Shown here: positions 40,029 to 53,495 of the stretch, piece by piece
Numbering within the stretch: position 1 is the stretch's first letter
How the letters are laid out: each line of letters starts with the position of its first letter
NCBI RefSeq assembly: GCF_006345805.1
Contig: NC_043007.1
Span: 68,634,001-68,698,000, forward strand
Direction of reading: 5' to 3'
From: Octopus sinensis
Taxonomy: Eukaryota
Length of the DNA stretch: 64,000 nt
Program-made: the position numbers and the translations under genes
The notes under the pieces: model-generated
The model's input: only the letters and a program-made list of their open reading frames with translations
The model's database searches: none
Told to the model about the DNA's origin: nothing

Positions 40029-40115
40029 ACACACTGCCTTAAAATAAAATAAAATAAAGTTACACACTGCCTTAAAATGAAATAAAATTAAGTTACACAC
40101 TGCCTTAAAATAAAA
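40029..40115. repeat. Three-copy tandem of about 32 bp
   Basis: ACACACTGCCTTAAAAT(A/G)AAAT repeated three times. Confidence 0.85.
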
Positions 40116-41332
40116 TCAGTTATCCATTTGGATGACTATTTCTTGGCGCACACTGTGAAAAATACAAAAAGCTTTGAAGATAACTGCTAGATTTAGAATA
40201 CCTTTGAGGATAGACAGACCTGCTCGATCGGGGCTGGCCAAGAGCAGCACAGCAGCAGTAGTAGCACTAACAACAACAACACTAACAACAGCAACAACAA
40301 CTTCCAAAGTTTTTTGTGTTTTTTTTCAATGCAAGATGTAATCGGAAGTAATATCCTACTGTGTTGAGAGGTTGAAAGAAGCATCGAGTAAGAAAAAAAA
40401 ACACAATAAAACGTTAAAAACATTAAAAACAATAAACTAAAACAAACAGCACAGAACGGAAGTGAGATGAAGAAGACACCATCATATTTAGGTTCAGTCT
40501 TCAATGAAATTCTATGCCCACTTGTATAATAATTAAGTGTTGGTCTACGGTTCAGTTGAGATGAGGAGTTGTGTGCAGCTTCGCGTTATCTATCTCAAGG
40601 GCATCCTGGTACTAGTGTGTTTATGTTAGCATGTGTGTGTGTATATTTGTGTGTGTGTGTGTGTGTGTATTTTTGTGTGTGTGTGGAAGTGTATGTATCT
40701 GTGTATATATGTGCGGACGTATATGCGTTTGAGAGAATGGTTGTGAGGAAGACGTTGTGTAGATGTATGCATAACTGAATGAGCATAAGAATTCATGTAG
40801 AAGTTAATATCTTGTTTAGGAACATATAGCTTTATATACATATATATATATATATATGTGTGTGTGTGAGTGTGTGTGTATACAAACATACATGCATACA
40901 CACATTTGTGCATACATATTTATTCACATACACACATATATATGAATATACATATACGTGCACAAGGCTGCGTAGCATAACTCTGTGTGTGTATCACTAT
41001 ATCTGTTAGTGAAACATATGTGAACACGGTGCTTCAACCACATACGTATGTTGAAGGGAGAGCCTATCTCCATATGTATATCAATAACTACGTTCAATAA
41101 CTTGTATATATAAATGTACATTACTGTTTTTATTCAAAATACGCAGATAGGCATAATTTCGGAGCACATTTTCAATGTGTGTTAGTGCTAGAGCAAGCTG
41201 AAACTTCGAAATTACTGTCAATATTTCTCTTTGTAGGAGTTAACAGAGATATAGTCAACGAAAAAGCATCGGGTGATCATTCAGTTTAATGTTATTTTAT
41301 TTTTAAATATAACTTGACAAGAAAATAAACAT

Positions 41333-41386
<54 letters not shown>

Positions 41387-42094
41387 GGGAAAAGTAAGAA
41401 AATAACCGATAATGCACATTGGAAATCAAAAAAATGTAAAGGCTTTTTATGAAAAGTAACGATAGATATATACAATTAGATGAACTGAGGTAGGAAAAAA
41501 GTAAAAAAAGTCATTATTGCGAATTGTTAAACAGGTTAAAAGGTATACCGGTTTCGTAAATTATTGTTCACTGTACACACAAAACTGATAAAATGTAAGG
41601 AGAATTAATGATTAATTGAGATCGCTTATTGTAAGCTATATATTTTCATATGTTCCTATTAACACATGCTCACTTCTTTGTAACAACAGTTGTTAATTTA
41701 AAAAAAAATAAATACGATAATATTGAATCCTACAAGTATATGAATGAATAGACCAAGACTGATTCACCTTCCCCAAATACAATCAATTAGTGGTACAACG
41801 AAGATTTATGTAGAATTCCAAAATTCTCCAAGTGAGATACCTGGTTTGAATGCACGCACGCATTCATGAAATTTACTCACATACGCACATAGAAATAATC
41901 ATATGCTAACCGATTCATACATATACTATAAACACCAAGAGGTGTATTAATTTTATCAAAAGTACTAAGTAACCTACTTAGTGACTGACTTGGATTCTAC
42001 CATAGAAAAAACTTTAAATCCAAAGGGGACATATAAATATACATAAATACATACATACATTATAGATATATATATCTGTGTGTGTGCGTGTGTG

Positions 42095-42148
<54 letters not shown>

Positions 42149-42177
42149 GTGTGTGTATGATATATATATATATATTT

Positions 42178-42541
42178 GGAATTTACAAAAAAACAAGAAA
42201 AGACGAAGACAGGTGTATAATCAATACACAGGTGTATTAGTTTAACGCTCGGGGAGGTGAGAAAGTCTTTTATGTTTCGAACCTACGCTCTTCAACAGAC
42301 TGGAACTCGAGCAAATAAACAGAGAGAGAATAAGAAAGCTTTAGTGGCTAGGGGTCGATCATGGTGGCTAATCAGAAAATGGAGAAAACTTTTGATCATC
42401 AAACAAACAAATTGGACCACATCGGTTGATTATTTTTTTAATACAAAACATGACATAACTTTTCTTATGGCTGTTTCTGCTTTCAATATTAATCGGTGTT
42501 TACGAAAGAAATTCAATTCAGTACGTGGAGCTTCATCAGAG
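42178..42541 (-). mobile_element. Two adjacent pLTR-like fragments with degenerate hammerheads (42264-42301 and 42463-42541)
   Basis: Minus strand: CTGTTGA-AGAGC-GTAG-GTTC-GAAACATA-AAAG, and CTGATGA-AGCT...AGCA-GAAAC-AGCC-ATA-AGA. Confidence 0.6.
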
Positions 42542-43617
42542 TAAATAGAAACGCGTATAATAAAATGAACGAAGAGAAGAGGGAAAAGGAAGGAACAGGG
42601 CCTCGAGAAGAGAACAGAAGGCTCAATATATTAAAATCATGCCATGCTGCAGCATGGGGCTTGAAGTCGATAGGCGAAAGAGTTACGTGTTATTTCTATA
42701 TAAAGAGGAACTAAGGTGTTTGAATAATAGTGAAACGAAGCTAACACTAAAATAAGACAAGAACTACCAATATGTCTAGAAAAAAGAATAGTATTTATGA
42801 TATTGTAAATAGGGCTAATTAATATTTACCCCAAAACAAAACCGTAGGGTTATTATAGTGGTGTACTTACTGAAATATTATAGAGAATATTTGTCGTCCA
42901 CAACAGAATTGACCAAAGTCTATTCATCCCTACAATTGGTCAATTATATTTGAACCAAGAGCAAAAGTTAAGACCGTTACAGGGGATATGTAAATGAAGA
43001 AGAAACGAACCAATAAATAAAGGGTGCGGGGGAGAAGACTGTGATATAAGTGGCACGATGCGGCTTCTGGCCTTCCGCAACTTCTCAACATAACATAAAT
43101 GAAAATAAAATAAATAGATAAATGCTATCAGTCAAACGGTTGTAACATTTTTATAGTTAAGAGGAGACAATTAGTATAAGAGATGCATGCTAGTGGGAGT
43201 TACCTACAAAACTAGTGCTTAATCTTACATCCTAGATAACCAGTAAAATTTCAAGTAGTGGTAATAATGGACGAACAAGTAAAAGTCTACACGTCCCTAA
43301 GTAAATTCTTCCCCATAGGTTCACGATAGGGAAAAAGCATAAAACCTCAAACATTTAAGCGATTAAAAATTAAAAATTAAAATACTTACTAATTACTACC
43401 ATGGTTACAGACTCCATGTCCCAACACACTTCTTTAAATCTTACTTAGTATGTATTATTAGAAGTTAGATTGTTATCATAAGAAGTTAGATTGTTCATAT
43501 CAATAAATTGTTTAATTATATTAACCCTTACGCGGGGCCCAGCCTTACTAGGTCTACCACCAAATTTATTTCGTTATTGCCCAAAGGGGGCTAAATATAG
43601 AGGGGACAAAGAAGGAT

Positions 43618-43798
43618 CGCTCGCTACACACGTTCCTTCTAAGCAGAGCTGTAAACAGCAGAAGTGAGCTAGAACGTTAAAACTTACTGCGCATGCACAG
43701 CATGAGTTAAAGTTGAATCTTTGCCAAGCGGCTTCATTCTGCTTGCTTTAGCTTCGTTACTATGGCAACCGTCCAGATACGTATTGATTAGTCCGCGT
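43618..43798. mobile_element. Solo long TIR of the 13486-14645 mariner family
   Basis: Similar to 14500-14645 and to the reverse complement of 13486-13665. Confidence 0.8.
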
Positions 43799-43946
43799 GT
43801 GTGTGTATGTATACATATATATATATTATCACATGTAGGCCAGCAAATTGAAAGAACAAAACCAGACACATCAAAATTTGAGCCAGAGTCATGAATATTT
43901 CTGCACTGGAAAAGTTGGTACCGAAGGCTAACACAGACGCTCTCTT

Positions 43947-43978
<32 letters not shown>

Positions 43979-44451
43979 GTGTGTATATGTATGTTTGTAT
44001 ACAGATATACATAAACACACACATACACATACACACACGCGCAAACACAGTGGTACATGTACATATACATAGCTATAGATGTATGTTTGTGTGCACACGT
44101 GTATGCATATATGTGTAGTTTTAGGTGTCAGAGATTGTATATGAAAATATGCATTGATGCATCTCACTTATCCAAAAGTTTGTGGAATTTGCTAATGTTA
44201 TCTATAAATTTTTCTTGAATTGTGTTTGTGAATGTGCTTGTACTGAAGTTTTGAGTCGCTATATTCCGCCTTTTTTCCAATGTACCTCCGTCTGTATGAC
44301 TCTATTTCTGAGTGTCTCTCTGTGTCATTTTCTGTCTATTTATCTATGTCCCTTTCTTTCTCTTTCTCTCTCACTCCCCTCTCTCTCTGTCCTATCTTTC
44401 CCTGTTATTCTCTTATTATGCATACACACACACACACAACACACACACACA

Positions 44452-44518
<67 letters not shown>

Positions 44519-44782
44519 TGTATGTATATATATATAACACGCATTGAGTCGAAACAGGGGCAGCTGAAGAAGGGAAATGTTCCTTGTATTGTTTGTCTTG
44601 TACTCTGTTTTTTCGTTGTTAAAAAAAGTCCGTTTCCTTGTTTGATTTTATGCTTTCGTTTCTCGTTGTGTTCTACGTTTATTTGTGGTGTCCTGTACTC
44701 ATATATGCATGTATATATATACATATAGATGTACGTATGTACATATATATATATATATGCATATGTTTTATTTATTAAATTG

Positions 44783-44819
<37 letters not shown>

Positions 44820-45004
44820 TGTGTTTGTAAATGTACGCATAGCACGTACACAAACAAATACACACGCACATAAACACCCGCACACACGTGTTTTGTAGAG
44901 GAAAGTATCAATAAAATGTAAATAATACTCTCTCGCCCCCACATACCGTTTTATGCATAAAGAAATATATATGTGCCTGCGCGTGTCCGAGGTTTCCTTT
45001 TGTT

Positions 45005-45054
<50 letters not shown>

Positions 45055-45476
45055 TGTGTGTGTGTGTGTGCGTGCGAGTCTCTGTGAGTGCATGTGTTTG
45101 TTTGTGTTTGTGTTGGGAGATTTAAACGCTTGTGTTGGCGGATGTGTCATATATTGGCGTAAAGGAAAATAAAATATCTATTCTTTCTTTGATTTAAAAC
45201 CGTGTAATACAATATTTCATTTCGTTATTCCTCGAAGAAAAGTTTAAATATTTAAACATCCATTTAAGATGTACTGCATTCAGAAGACTTGCCTCGGAAC
45301 AATGGCAGAAAAACTAAATGATGTTGAATACCCAGTTGGCCACACGTTCAATATACATTTGCCTCATAAAAAGACTAAACTTGGTTAATTGCAGTGAATT
45401 TAACATTATATATTCGTATGTTTTACTTTTTTTCAGTCCTCCGCAGTCTTATTTTTTCTCTATGTTATCCGAACCG

Positions 45477-45558
<82 letters not shown>

Positions 45559-45595
45559 CTCTCCTCTCTCTCTCTCTTCTCTCTCTCTCTATATA

Positions 45596-45651
<56 letters not shown>

Positions 45652-45655
45652 GTAT

Positions 45656-45753
45656 TCTACGCTGAAGAGAAAAGAAGTTTTGGTAAGGTAGAATTATTTA
45701 ATATTAATTCTTATGCTTTCCTAAAACTTGATTTCGAAACGTGCGTCCGTAGA
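45656..45753 (+). ncRNA. Type I hammerhead ribozyme, intact
   Basis: TCTACG-CTGAAGA-GAAA...(long stem II)...TTTC-GAAAC-GTGC-GTC-CGTAGA. Predicted cut after 45747. Confidence 0.92.
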
Positions 45754-46222
45754 TAACTTAAAATTGTATGATAGATTGCCGTCAATTCATTCTCTCTTAC
45801 CTGTTTGTGTCTGCCTCCATTGCTGTTTTTACTGAGATCTCCTTTTTAGTAGAGAAATAGCTATAACTCTTTGACTGCTATTTCTAATTCGGTATGTGGT
45901 AAGGCAATTCGTTGCTAAATCCTTTATTGCTTAGTATTACTTAAATTTTCTCGAATGAGGCTTTACATCCGAAGACTACTTGGTGTAATTGATAATTATT
46001 CCAAATTAATTAATTTCACCTTCATTATTACGGATAACCATATTATCTCAGTAGATGACCACAGCATCTTTTTTGCTACACGCGGTGGAAGGGGCTGTGA
46101 CACATCTTTCATTCACACATTGATTTGGTGATACTAGTTGCGGATTCTAGCTCGCTCTGATACTGAGTTGAGTTGGTGCCTTCTAGTATCTCAAAATTAT
46201 ATATCATTTATGATTATAGTAT

Positions 46223-46321
46223 TCTACGCTGAAGAGAAAAGAAGTTTTGGTAAGGTAGAATTATTTAATATTAATTCTTATGCTTTCCTAAAAACTTGAT
46301 TTCGAAACGTGCGTCCGTAGA
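46223..46321 (+). ncRNA. Type I hammerhead ribozyme, intact, second copy
   Basis: Same motif. Predicted cut after 46315. Confidence 0.92.
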
Positions 46322-46708
46322 TAACTTAAAATTGTATGATAGATTGCCGTCAATTCATTCTCTCTTACCTATTTGTGTCTGCCTTCCAATTGCTGTTTTT
46401 ACTGAGATCTCCCTTTTTAGTAGAAGAAATAGCTATAACTCTTTGACTGCTATTTCTAAATTCGGTATGTGGTAAGGCAATTCGTTGCTAAACCCTTTAT
46501 TGCTTAGTATATATATATAGATATATAGATATATATTTATCTCTCTATTTCTCTATCTATTTATCTGTCTGTCTGTCTGTCTGTCAGTCTGTCTGTCTCT
46601 CTCTCTGCACACACTCACACACACATATACATATACATATGCATATATGTATGCATACGTATGTATGTATGTACATATATATATATATATATATTATGCG
46701 TTTGTGTG

Positions 46709-46739
<31 letters not shown>

Positions 46740-46809
46740 ATATACATATATTTGTATCTATACACACACACACATATAATCAAAAGAAGCCACGGGATAT
46801 CAAGAAATG

Positions 46810-47195
46810 ATGTAGTACGAACGTTTCAATCGACTCCATTTAATTGAACAATACAGTAATTACAGTAATTACTTTAGTTTAAATGCAGAGCTTTCATCAT
46901 CTGCACAAAATTAATAGAATTTTAATCAGTTGGACACATTAATATTTTCCTCAAATACTTTAATAGAGTAAGAAGGTGGAAGAAAACCATTGTAGCTATT
47001 GTAGGTAAGAATAGACTCTTCTTCGACTGAAGAGACACACAATAAGGTCAAAACACCAGAGTGTCTCAAAGTCCCTTTACAGTGGCGAATCGCGTGTATT
47101 TTAAACACATCGTCTCTAAAGGGAAAATATTCTCCAATGGCGACATACAAGAGTGATCAGAAAATTCGGGTTCGAATCTGCTGGAATGTATTGAG
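46810..47195 (-). pseudogene. Possible Penelope 3' remnant: GIY-YIG C-terminus-like peptide followed by a decayed HHR
   Basis: Minus peptide FQQIRTRIF*SLLYVAI...VFKIHAI, then ATGATGA-AAGCTC...GAGTCGATT-GAAACGTT. Confidence 0.35.
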
Positions 47196-47269
47196 AATGA
47201 ATAGATAAGTAATTGATATAAATGGAAGGTTGTTTATAAATATGGGCGAAAGGAAGACAGTGAGGAAGT

Positions 47270-47307
<38 letters not shown>

Positions 47308-47783
47308 GAGAGGGAGAGAGAGAGAGAGAGAATGACAGCAAATAGAGATAGAGATATACGAGGGAACGATGAAAAGAGAAGACGAGAAGTAGAGCGAGAC
47401 ATTGAAAGAGTCATTGATTGTGAGATCGACATAAATACATTTATCGTCCGGCGCGAGGGGTAGAGATAGATAGTGATAGATAAATATGATTGGCTGTTTG
47501 GTCTGCTGTCGTTCGGTCAGTAGCTCTGACGGTCGTCTAGGCAGTTAGACATTCCAGAGGCCAGTCAATCATTCAAGAGCTAGCTTTCAGCCACTAGCTA
47601 AGCAATCAGATCAGTCAGCTAGCCAAGCAGTCACTCAGTGAAAACGAGAATGATAGACAAATAGCTAGAGACACATGACGAGTGTGAGAGAGAGGGGGAG
47701 GAGTGAGAGAGAGGAGAGTAAAATAAAAATTAAGACACACACTGACAAATAAGAGAAGATACACACACATACACACACATATA

Positions 47784-48944
47784 GAGAGTGCGTAAGGTAT
47801 TTGAGGACACTTTTTGCGGGGGGGGGGGTTATTGCTGCATTTTTTCCTAACTCTATAATCTTTGTTTCAGAAAATACTAATGGTGCACTCTCAGTTTACT
47901 CAAGAAAGGAAGAGGTATGATGTTATTGTGGTTATATAGGCTGAGCATGGCGATTTAAAAATATCTCGATTTTTAAAAGTTGCCAGATCTTTCGTCTACA
48001 AAGTTTGTAAGGAGCTAGAGACTGAAGATGGAAACGTATCACCAGTATCAAAGCATAAAAAGTATTCTAAGCGCTCTCAAACAATCAGAACACCTGGATT
48101 TATCCAGAAAGTTCATCAGACCATTGATTACAATCCCAGAAAGTGCATGAGGTCAATTGCAAATGGTTTTCATGTGTCAGAAGGAACAATCAGAAATGTT
48201 GTCCACGAAGACATCAGATATCAGTCTTATATGATGGGGAAAGGTTAATTTGTCAGAAAAAAGCAAAAGAAAATAGCTACATCAGTTCTAAAAGGCAAAC
48301 TGGAAAATCCAGCAGAAGATTGATTTGGTTTTTCTCAAACGCGAAAAACTTCGACCAAGATCAAAAAGTTAAAAGAAGAAATGACAGATGGTATGTGCAG
48401 ACCCTTCTGAAGTTCCAAGTGTTATGCATACAAAACTTCCTGCCACTGTCATGGTTTTAGGTGTCGTCAGCAATGAAGGACATGTGATGCCACCATATTT
48501 CTTTCCACAAGGCCTTAAAGTTAACTCTACCACTTTCATTGAGGTCCTGGAAATAATTAAGCTCTGGATAGACAGTATATGCAATGGAAGGCCAAATGTG
48601 TTTCAGTAAGACTCTGCACTATCCCACATGGCTCTTGTAACACAGGAATGGATGGCTGAAAATTTTCCTGATCACATAACCCCACAACACCAAAGATTCT
48701 GTGAAAGTAGCCATAGTCAGTGTAATGTCCAAAATGAACCAGGCCCACTTGATTCGAGCATGTAGAGGATTTAGATCTCATATAGAAGTAGTTGCTGAAG
48801 CTGAAGGTGGCTTTATTGAATAACATTATAGAAAAGAATATTTATTTTTATCCTCATTGCATTTTGAGATAAATAAAATTATCTGTTATTATATATCTTT
48901 TTTTTATAAACATAAATCTGACCTCAAATAACTTACGCATCCTG
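47784..48944 (+). mobile_element. Decayed maT-like Tc1/mariner transposon
   Basis: TA-flanked TIRs TGCGTAAGGTATTTGAGG / CCTCAAATAACTTACGCA. Peptide VMHTKLPATVMVLGVVSNEGHVMPPYFFPQGLKVN...RPNVFQ*DSA. The WPPxSPD region is deleted. Confidence 0.9.
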
Positions 48945-49004
48945 TATGTATTTGGGTGGGAAAGAAATTAAGGAGTGCGTGCGTTATATAAACAATATTT
49001 TAAA

Positions 49005-49249
49005 ATATTTACAGGATTAAATAAAAAGACAACAAACGGAAAATTCGACATAGCTATATATATATAGATGTTTTCGATCTAGTTTGAATTCTTTGCCATT
49101 AAATTTGAAAACTTTGCCATCAAATTTGAATTCTTTGCAATCAAATTTGAATTTTTTGCAATCAGATTTGTTTGCAAAGAATTCAAATTTGATTGTAAAG
49201 AATAAAAATTCGATGGCAAAGAATCCAAACTAGATCGAAAGCATCTACA

Positions 49250-49291
<42 letters not shown>

Positions 49292-49535
49292 ATATAGCTA
49301 AAGAAAACGTGTAGTAAATAAACAAACGAACATACACTAAATACTCAAACACAATTTCGAATGGGCGAAATTGCGTTTGACCTTCTGGCCAATAACTGAT
49401 GAGGAGTTGGTGACCTTCTGTGTTTTCTGTTCGCCTGTGTATTTAGTATATGTTCGTTTGTTTAATTTTAAAATTATATACGGGTATGTCGAATTTTCCG
49501 TTTGTTGTCTTCATTCTGTTTAATCTTGAAAATAT
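49005..49535. repeat. Nested inverted repeats
   Basis: Outer arms 49005-49060/49475-49535. Inner palindrome 49065-49250 built of about 20-bp units (ATCAAATTTGAATTCTTTGC). Third IR at about 49318-49345/49439-49464. Confidence 0.85.
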
Positions 49536-49559
49536 ATGTATATGTATGTATTCTTTTTT

Positions 49560-49950
49560 TTTGTTTTATTGGTTTCAGTCGTTTGACTGTGGCCATGCTG
49601 CAGCACCACATTGAAGGTTTTTAGTCGAACAAATCGCCGCAAGGACTTATTTTTTCAGCCTAGTACTTATTCTATCGGCTTATTTGCTGAACCGCTAAGT
49701 TACGAGAACGTAAGCACAACACTGGTTGTCAAGCGGTGGTGGGTGGACAAACACAAAAGCAAGCGTACACACACACTCTCGTATACATACGACAAGATTC
49801 TTTTAGTTTCCATTTACCAAATCCACTCACAAGGCTTTGGTGGGCCCGAGTCTACAGTAGAAGACACTTGCCCATAGTGTCACACAGTGGGACTGAACCT
49901 GGAACCATGTTGTTGGGAAGCAAGCTTCTTACAATACAGCCATGCCTGTG
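49560..49950 (-). mobile_element. SINE family B, degenerate full-length
   Basis: Reverse complement of head and tail. Confidence 0.85.
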
Positions 49951-50959
49951 CCCTATTCTCACCATATAGCTACGATTTTGCCCTATGTATGTATGTATGT
50001 ATGAATGTATGTAGATATAATGCTTTGTTACGTATTGAAAGAGTCATTACACCAATAATAACACACGCACAGGTTCAATTCTACTTCTTTATTAATAGTT
50101 AATTGATTAGATGGATATCCAACTAACTGATCGATCGTTTGCTTGACTTCCAGGTTAAAAAGTCAATCGTACTTTTTCTTTTAGATTTCTCTTTTTTTTT
50201 CTTTGTTCATCAAATTTCTTTCGATGGCAATCGCAACCTTTTCCGTGACCGTCACATACCAACACGTTTCGAAGGCTGGTATCACCCGTATGATAACTGG
50301 TCTTGCGTCTGTGTGTATGGCAGCTTGTCCGTGTGTGTAGGTAATTAGGGGGCGGGTTAGGATGGGAATAAACGAAAGGTTTGTGCAGGGGGGGGTAGTT
50401 ATGTGTGTATATGTGTGTGTACGCCCGCGTGTGTATGTGTGTGCTTGTGTCGTACGCTCGTGTGATAACTTGTGTGAGTGTTTGTGGGTGTCCGTGTGCA
50501 TTCTTCATCTATGACGCTTTTCAGGGTTAAACCTTCTTTTAGACTTACGTCTGCTGTAGATTTAGAGCAGAGTTCTTCAACCATTTTTTTTTATCTACTT
50601 TTGATTCCTATTTTACTGGAATTGTCCCTCCTAAACATTCGATGATAAAATGATCAAATATCATTATAATTAAATATGATTAGAAATTGTACAGAAAAAT
50701 GTTTAAATATGTTGCATATTGAAGAAGTATAACCAATTTATGGCAAATGAATTTTAACAACAATACGTTGCATGTAGCGTATTGTTGTTAAAATTCATTT
50801 TCAATACGCTACATGCATGTATGTATGTATGTATGTATGTATGTATGTATGTATGTATGCAAGATGCATACTTTTCAACCGCTTGGTTGCAGGTTCAGTC
50901 CCACGGTGTGGGACCTTGGTCAGGTATCCTCTACTATAACTCCGGGCCGACCGAAGCTG

Positions 50960-51276
50960 TTACTTAATTTATCGACCCCGAAAGGATGAAAGGCAAAGTC
51001 AACCTAGGCAGAATTTGAACTCAGAACATGAAGGCAGACGAAATACCTATTTCCTTACTACCCACAAGGGGCTAAACACAGATGGGACAATCAAGGACAG
51101 ACAAACGTATTAAGTCGATTATATCGACCCTAATATTTATCTGGTACTTAATTTATCGACCCCGAAAGGATGAAAGGCAAAGTCGACCCCGGTGGAATGT
51201 GAACTTAGAACGTAGCGGCAGGCGAAATACCGCTAAGCGTTTCGTCTGGCGTGCTAACGTTTTTGCCAACTCGCCG
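50960..51276 (-). mobile_element. SINE family C plus a second partial copy
   Basis: TTTATCGACCCCGAAAGGATGAAAGGCAAAGTC occurs twice; ends GCCAACTCGCC. Confidence 0.88.
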
Positions 51277-51725
51277 ACGTGTATGAGAAACTGAACGAAA
51301 GACAGTTATGCATGCAAATAGGTATTATCATTCATTTTTAGAACAGAAGAACTGTTTGGATACATTGTGTTGTCGACCACTTTTAGTCCTTCTTCGAAAT
51401 ATTTCAGAAGTACCTAATTAAATATCAGCAAATATCGAAAAAACATTTGATGTTCTATTTTCGAAAGTGTATGCCATGTTATTGATATAAAGAATCTGGA
51501 TACTAATATTACTAGAATAAATTGTATTCTGCTAAACACCATCTCTCTCTCTTTCTTCCCCACTCTCTCTCTCTGTCTCTCTCAGTATGTCTTTCCCTGT
51601 CTCTCATTCTCTCTCTGTCCCTCTTACACTTTGTATGTATGCATGTGACACAAGCACACTTACATAAGCATGCATACAGACACACACAGGGACAGACATA
51701 TGTATATACATGTGCATGAAATATT

Positions 51726-51756
<31 letters not shown>

Positions 51757-51839
51757 TGTATATCTTTATCCACACATTGCCTACGCATGTATAAATATCA
51801 GTATTCATATTTCCTTACATGTATGTGTGTGTATACATA

Positions 51840-51879
<40 letters not shown>

Positions 51880-51934
51880 TAAATATTTATTTATTTTTTC
51901 CGCGTTAATTGTTAACAAGGTAAAAATACACTCA

Positions 51935-52007
<73 letters not shown>

Positions 52008-52019
52008 ACATATCTGTAC

Positions 52020-52067
<48 letters not shown>

Positions 52068-52529
52068 CTTTACACACATACAATACATGTATAATTTGGA
52101 TATATGAATGTACACTTCTATATTTTGTGTTTGAAGTAATTCTCCTTTTAGTCTTTTACCATTATCTCCCATTTTATCTGCATTTCCTGTCCGACAATTG
52201 TTTTATAAAACCCTTTTATAGTTCTTAGTTTCCTATTCACATGTCTTTTAAAAATAAATCTTCTTAAAAGCGATTTCCTTGCTACATCTAATATTCATTG
52301 TTCCACGAAACCAAATTTACAAATGATGAGAACAAATGTACATTTTCAAAATATATTGTTGTTTATGGTTTTTAAATGTAACGTGGTTTTCATCGTCGTG
52401 TTTCTCAGAATATTGGTAGAGACTTCGAAACTACGCAATTGTATGTATTTGTCAGATTGCCTAGCGATGCCATGAAAGATAAATACATACATATATACAT
52501 ACACAAATACATACAAACATACATAAGAA

Positions 52530-52588
52530 GAGATAGTTAATGTGTCAGTTCTCTATTAGCTGTAGAGAACTGACACATTAACTATCTC
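52530..52588. repeat. Perfect 26-bp hairpin with 7-nt loop
   Basis: GAGATAGTTAATGTGTCAGTTCTCTA-ttagctg-TAGAGAACTGACACATTAACTATCTC. Confidence 0.9.
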
Positions 52589-52856
52589 CAATGAATTTTT
52601 AATTATTTATTGGAGACATTACACCATTAGAAAAAAAACGTTTTCATTAGGTGAAGACATGAGCCACAAAATTCAAGACATTCAAAAGCCAACGGCATGT
52701 GTACTATTGTGCCTGTAATTCGGTACCCGCGTATGTATTTGTCTACTTTACTTGTGTAGTCATTTTAATTTTGGACCCCACCCAGGGCTTCACCTTTTAA
52801 ATGCTTGATTCATTTTAATCTTGATCTACATAATACATACGTTCATACATACATAC

Positions 52857-52887
<31 letters not shown>

Positions 52888-52949
52888 CATACATACATAC
52901 ATACATAGCAGAGATACTCGGCGTTGCTCAGGATTAAGATGGTATAGTT

Positions 52950-53016
<67 letters not shown>

Positions 53017-53236
53017 AGACTCCATTTGATGTGCTGCAACATAAATTTGCTGTTCTTGGTAAAGTTTCATCTCCCATCTGTACTGAGACTGCATCTGACG
53101 TGCTACAGCATGTCTTTCCTGATATTGAGAAAGTCTGTAGGTGCCACGCAATGGGACTGAACCCGGAACCATGTGGTTGGAAGGCAAACATCTTACTATA
53201 CAGCCAGACCTGCGCCTATTTATCTGCATATATATA

Positions 53237-53408
53237 TGGTGGCACGTGAAAAGCACCATTCAAGCGTTGGGCCTCACGGAGGCAATGTTGCCGATGCCGG
53301 TCTCACGTGACTAGCTCCCGTGCTTGTGATACGTTAAAGCACCCACTACACTCTCGGATTGGCTGGCGCTAGGAAGGGCATCCAGCCGTAGAAACCATAC
53401 CAAATCAG

Positions 53409-53410
<2 letters not shown>
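53237..53410 (+). mobile_element. Fragment of another SINE or RTE-related UTR repeat
   Basis: GGTGGCACGTGAAAAGCACC...TGGCGCTAGGAAGGGCATCCAGCCGTAGAAAC resembles RTE-associated repeat sequence (recalled, not searched). Confidence 0.55.

Positions 53411-53495
<85 letters not shown>

Larger units (their letters stand above)
45647..46510 (+). mobile_element. Retrozyme-like element: two about 290-bp direct repeats (45647-45937, 46214-46510), each with an HHR, around a 276-bp non-coding core
   Basis: Near-identical direct repeats, (TA)n on both flanks, no ORF. Confidence 0.88.

Noticed and set aside
41540-41560. GAAACCGGTA (HHR 3' half) on the minus strand
   Set aside because: No matching CUGANGA core found upstream.
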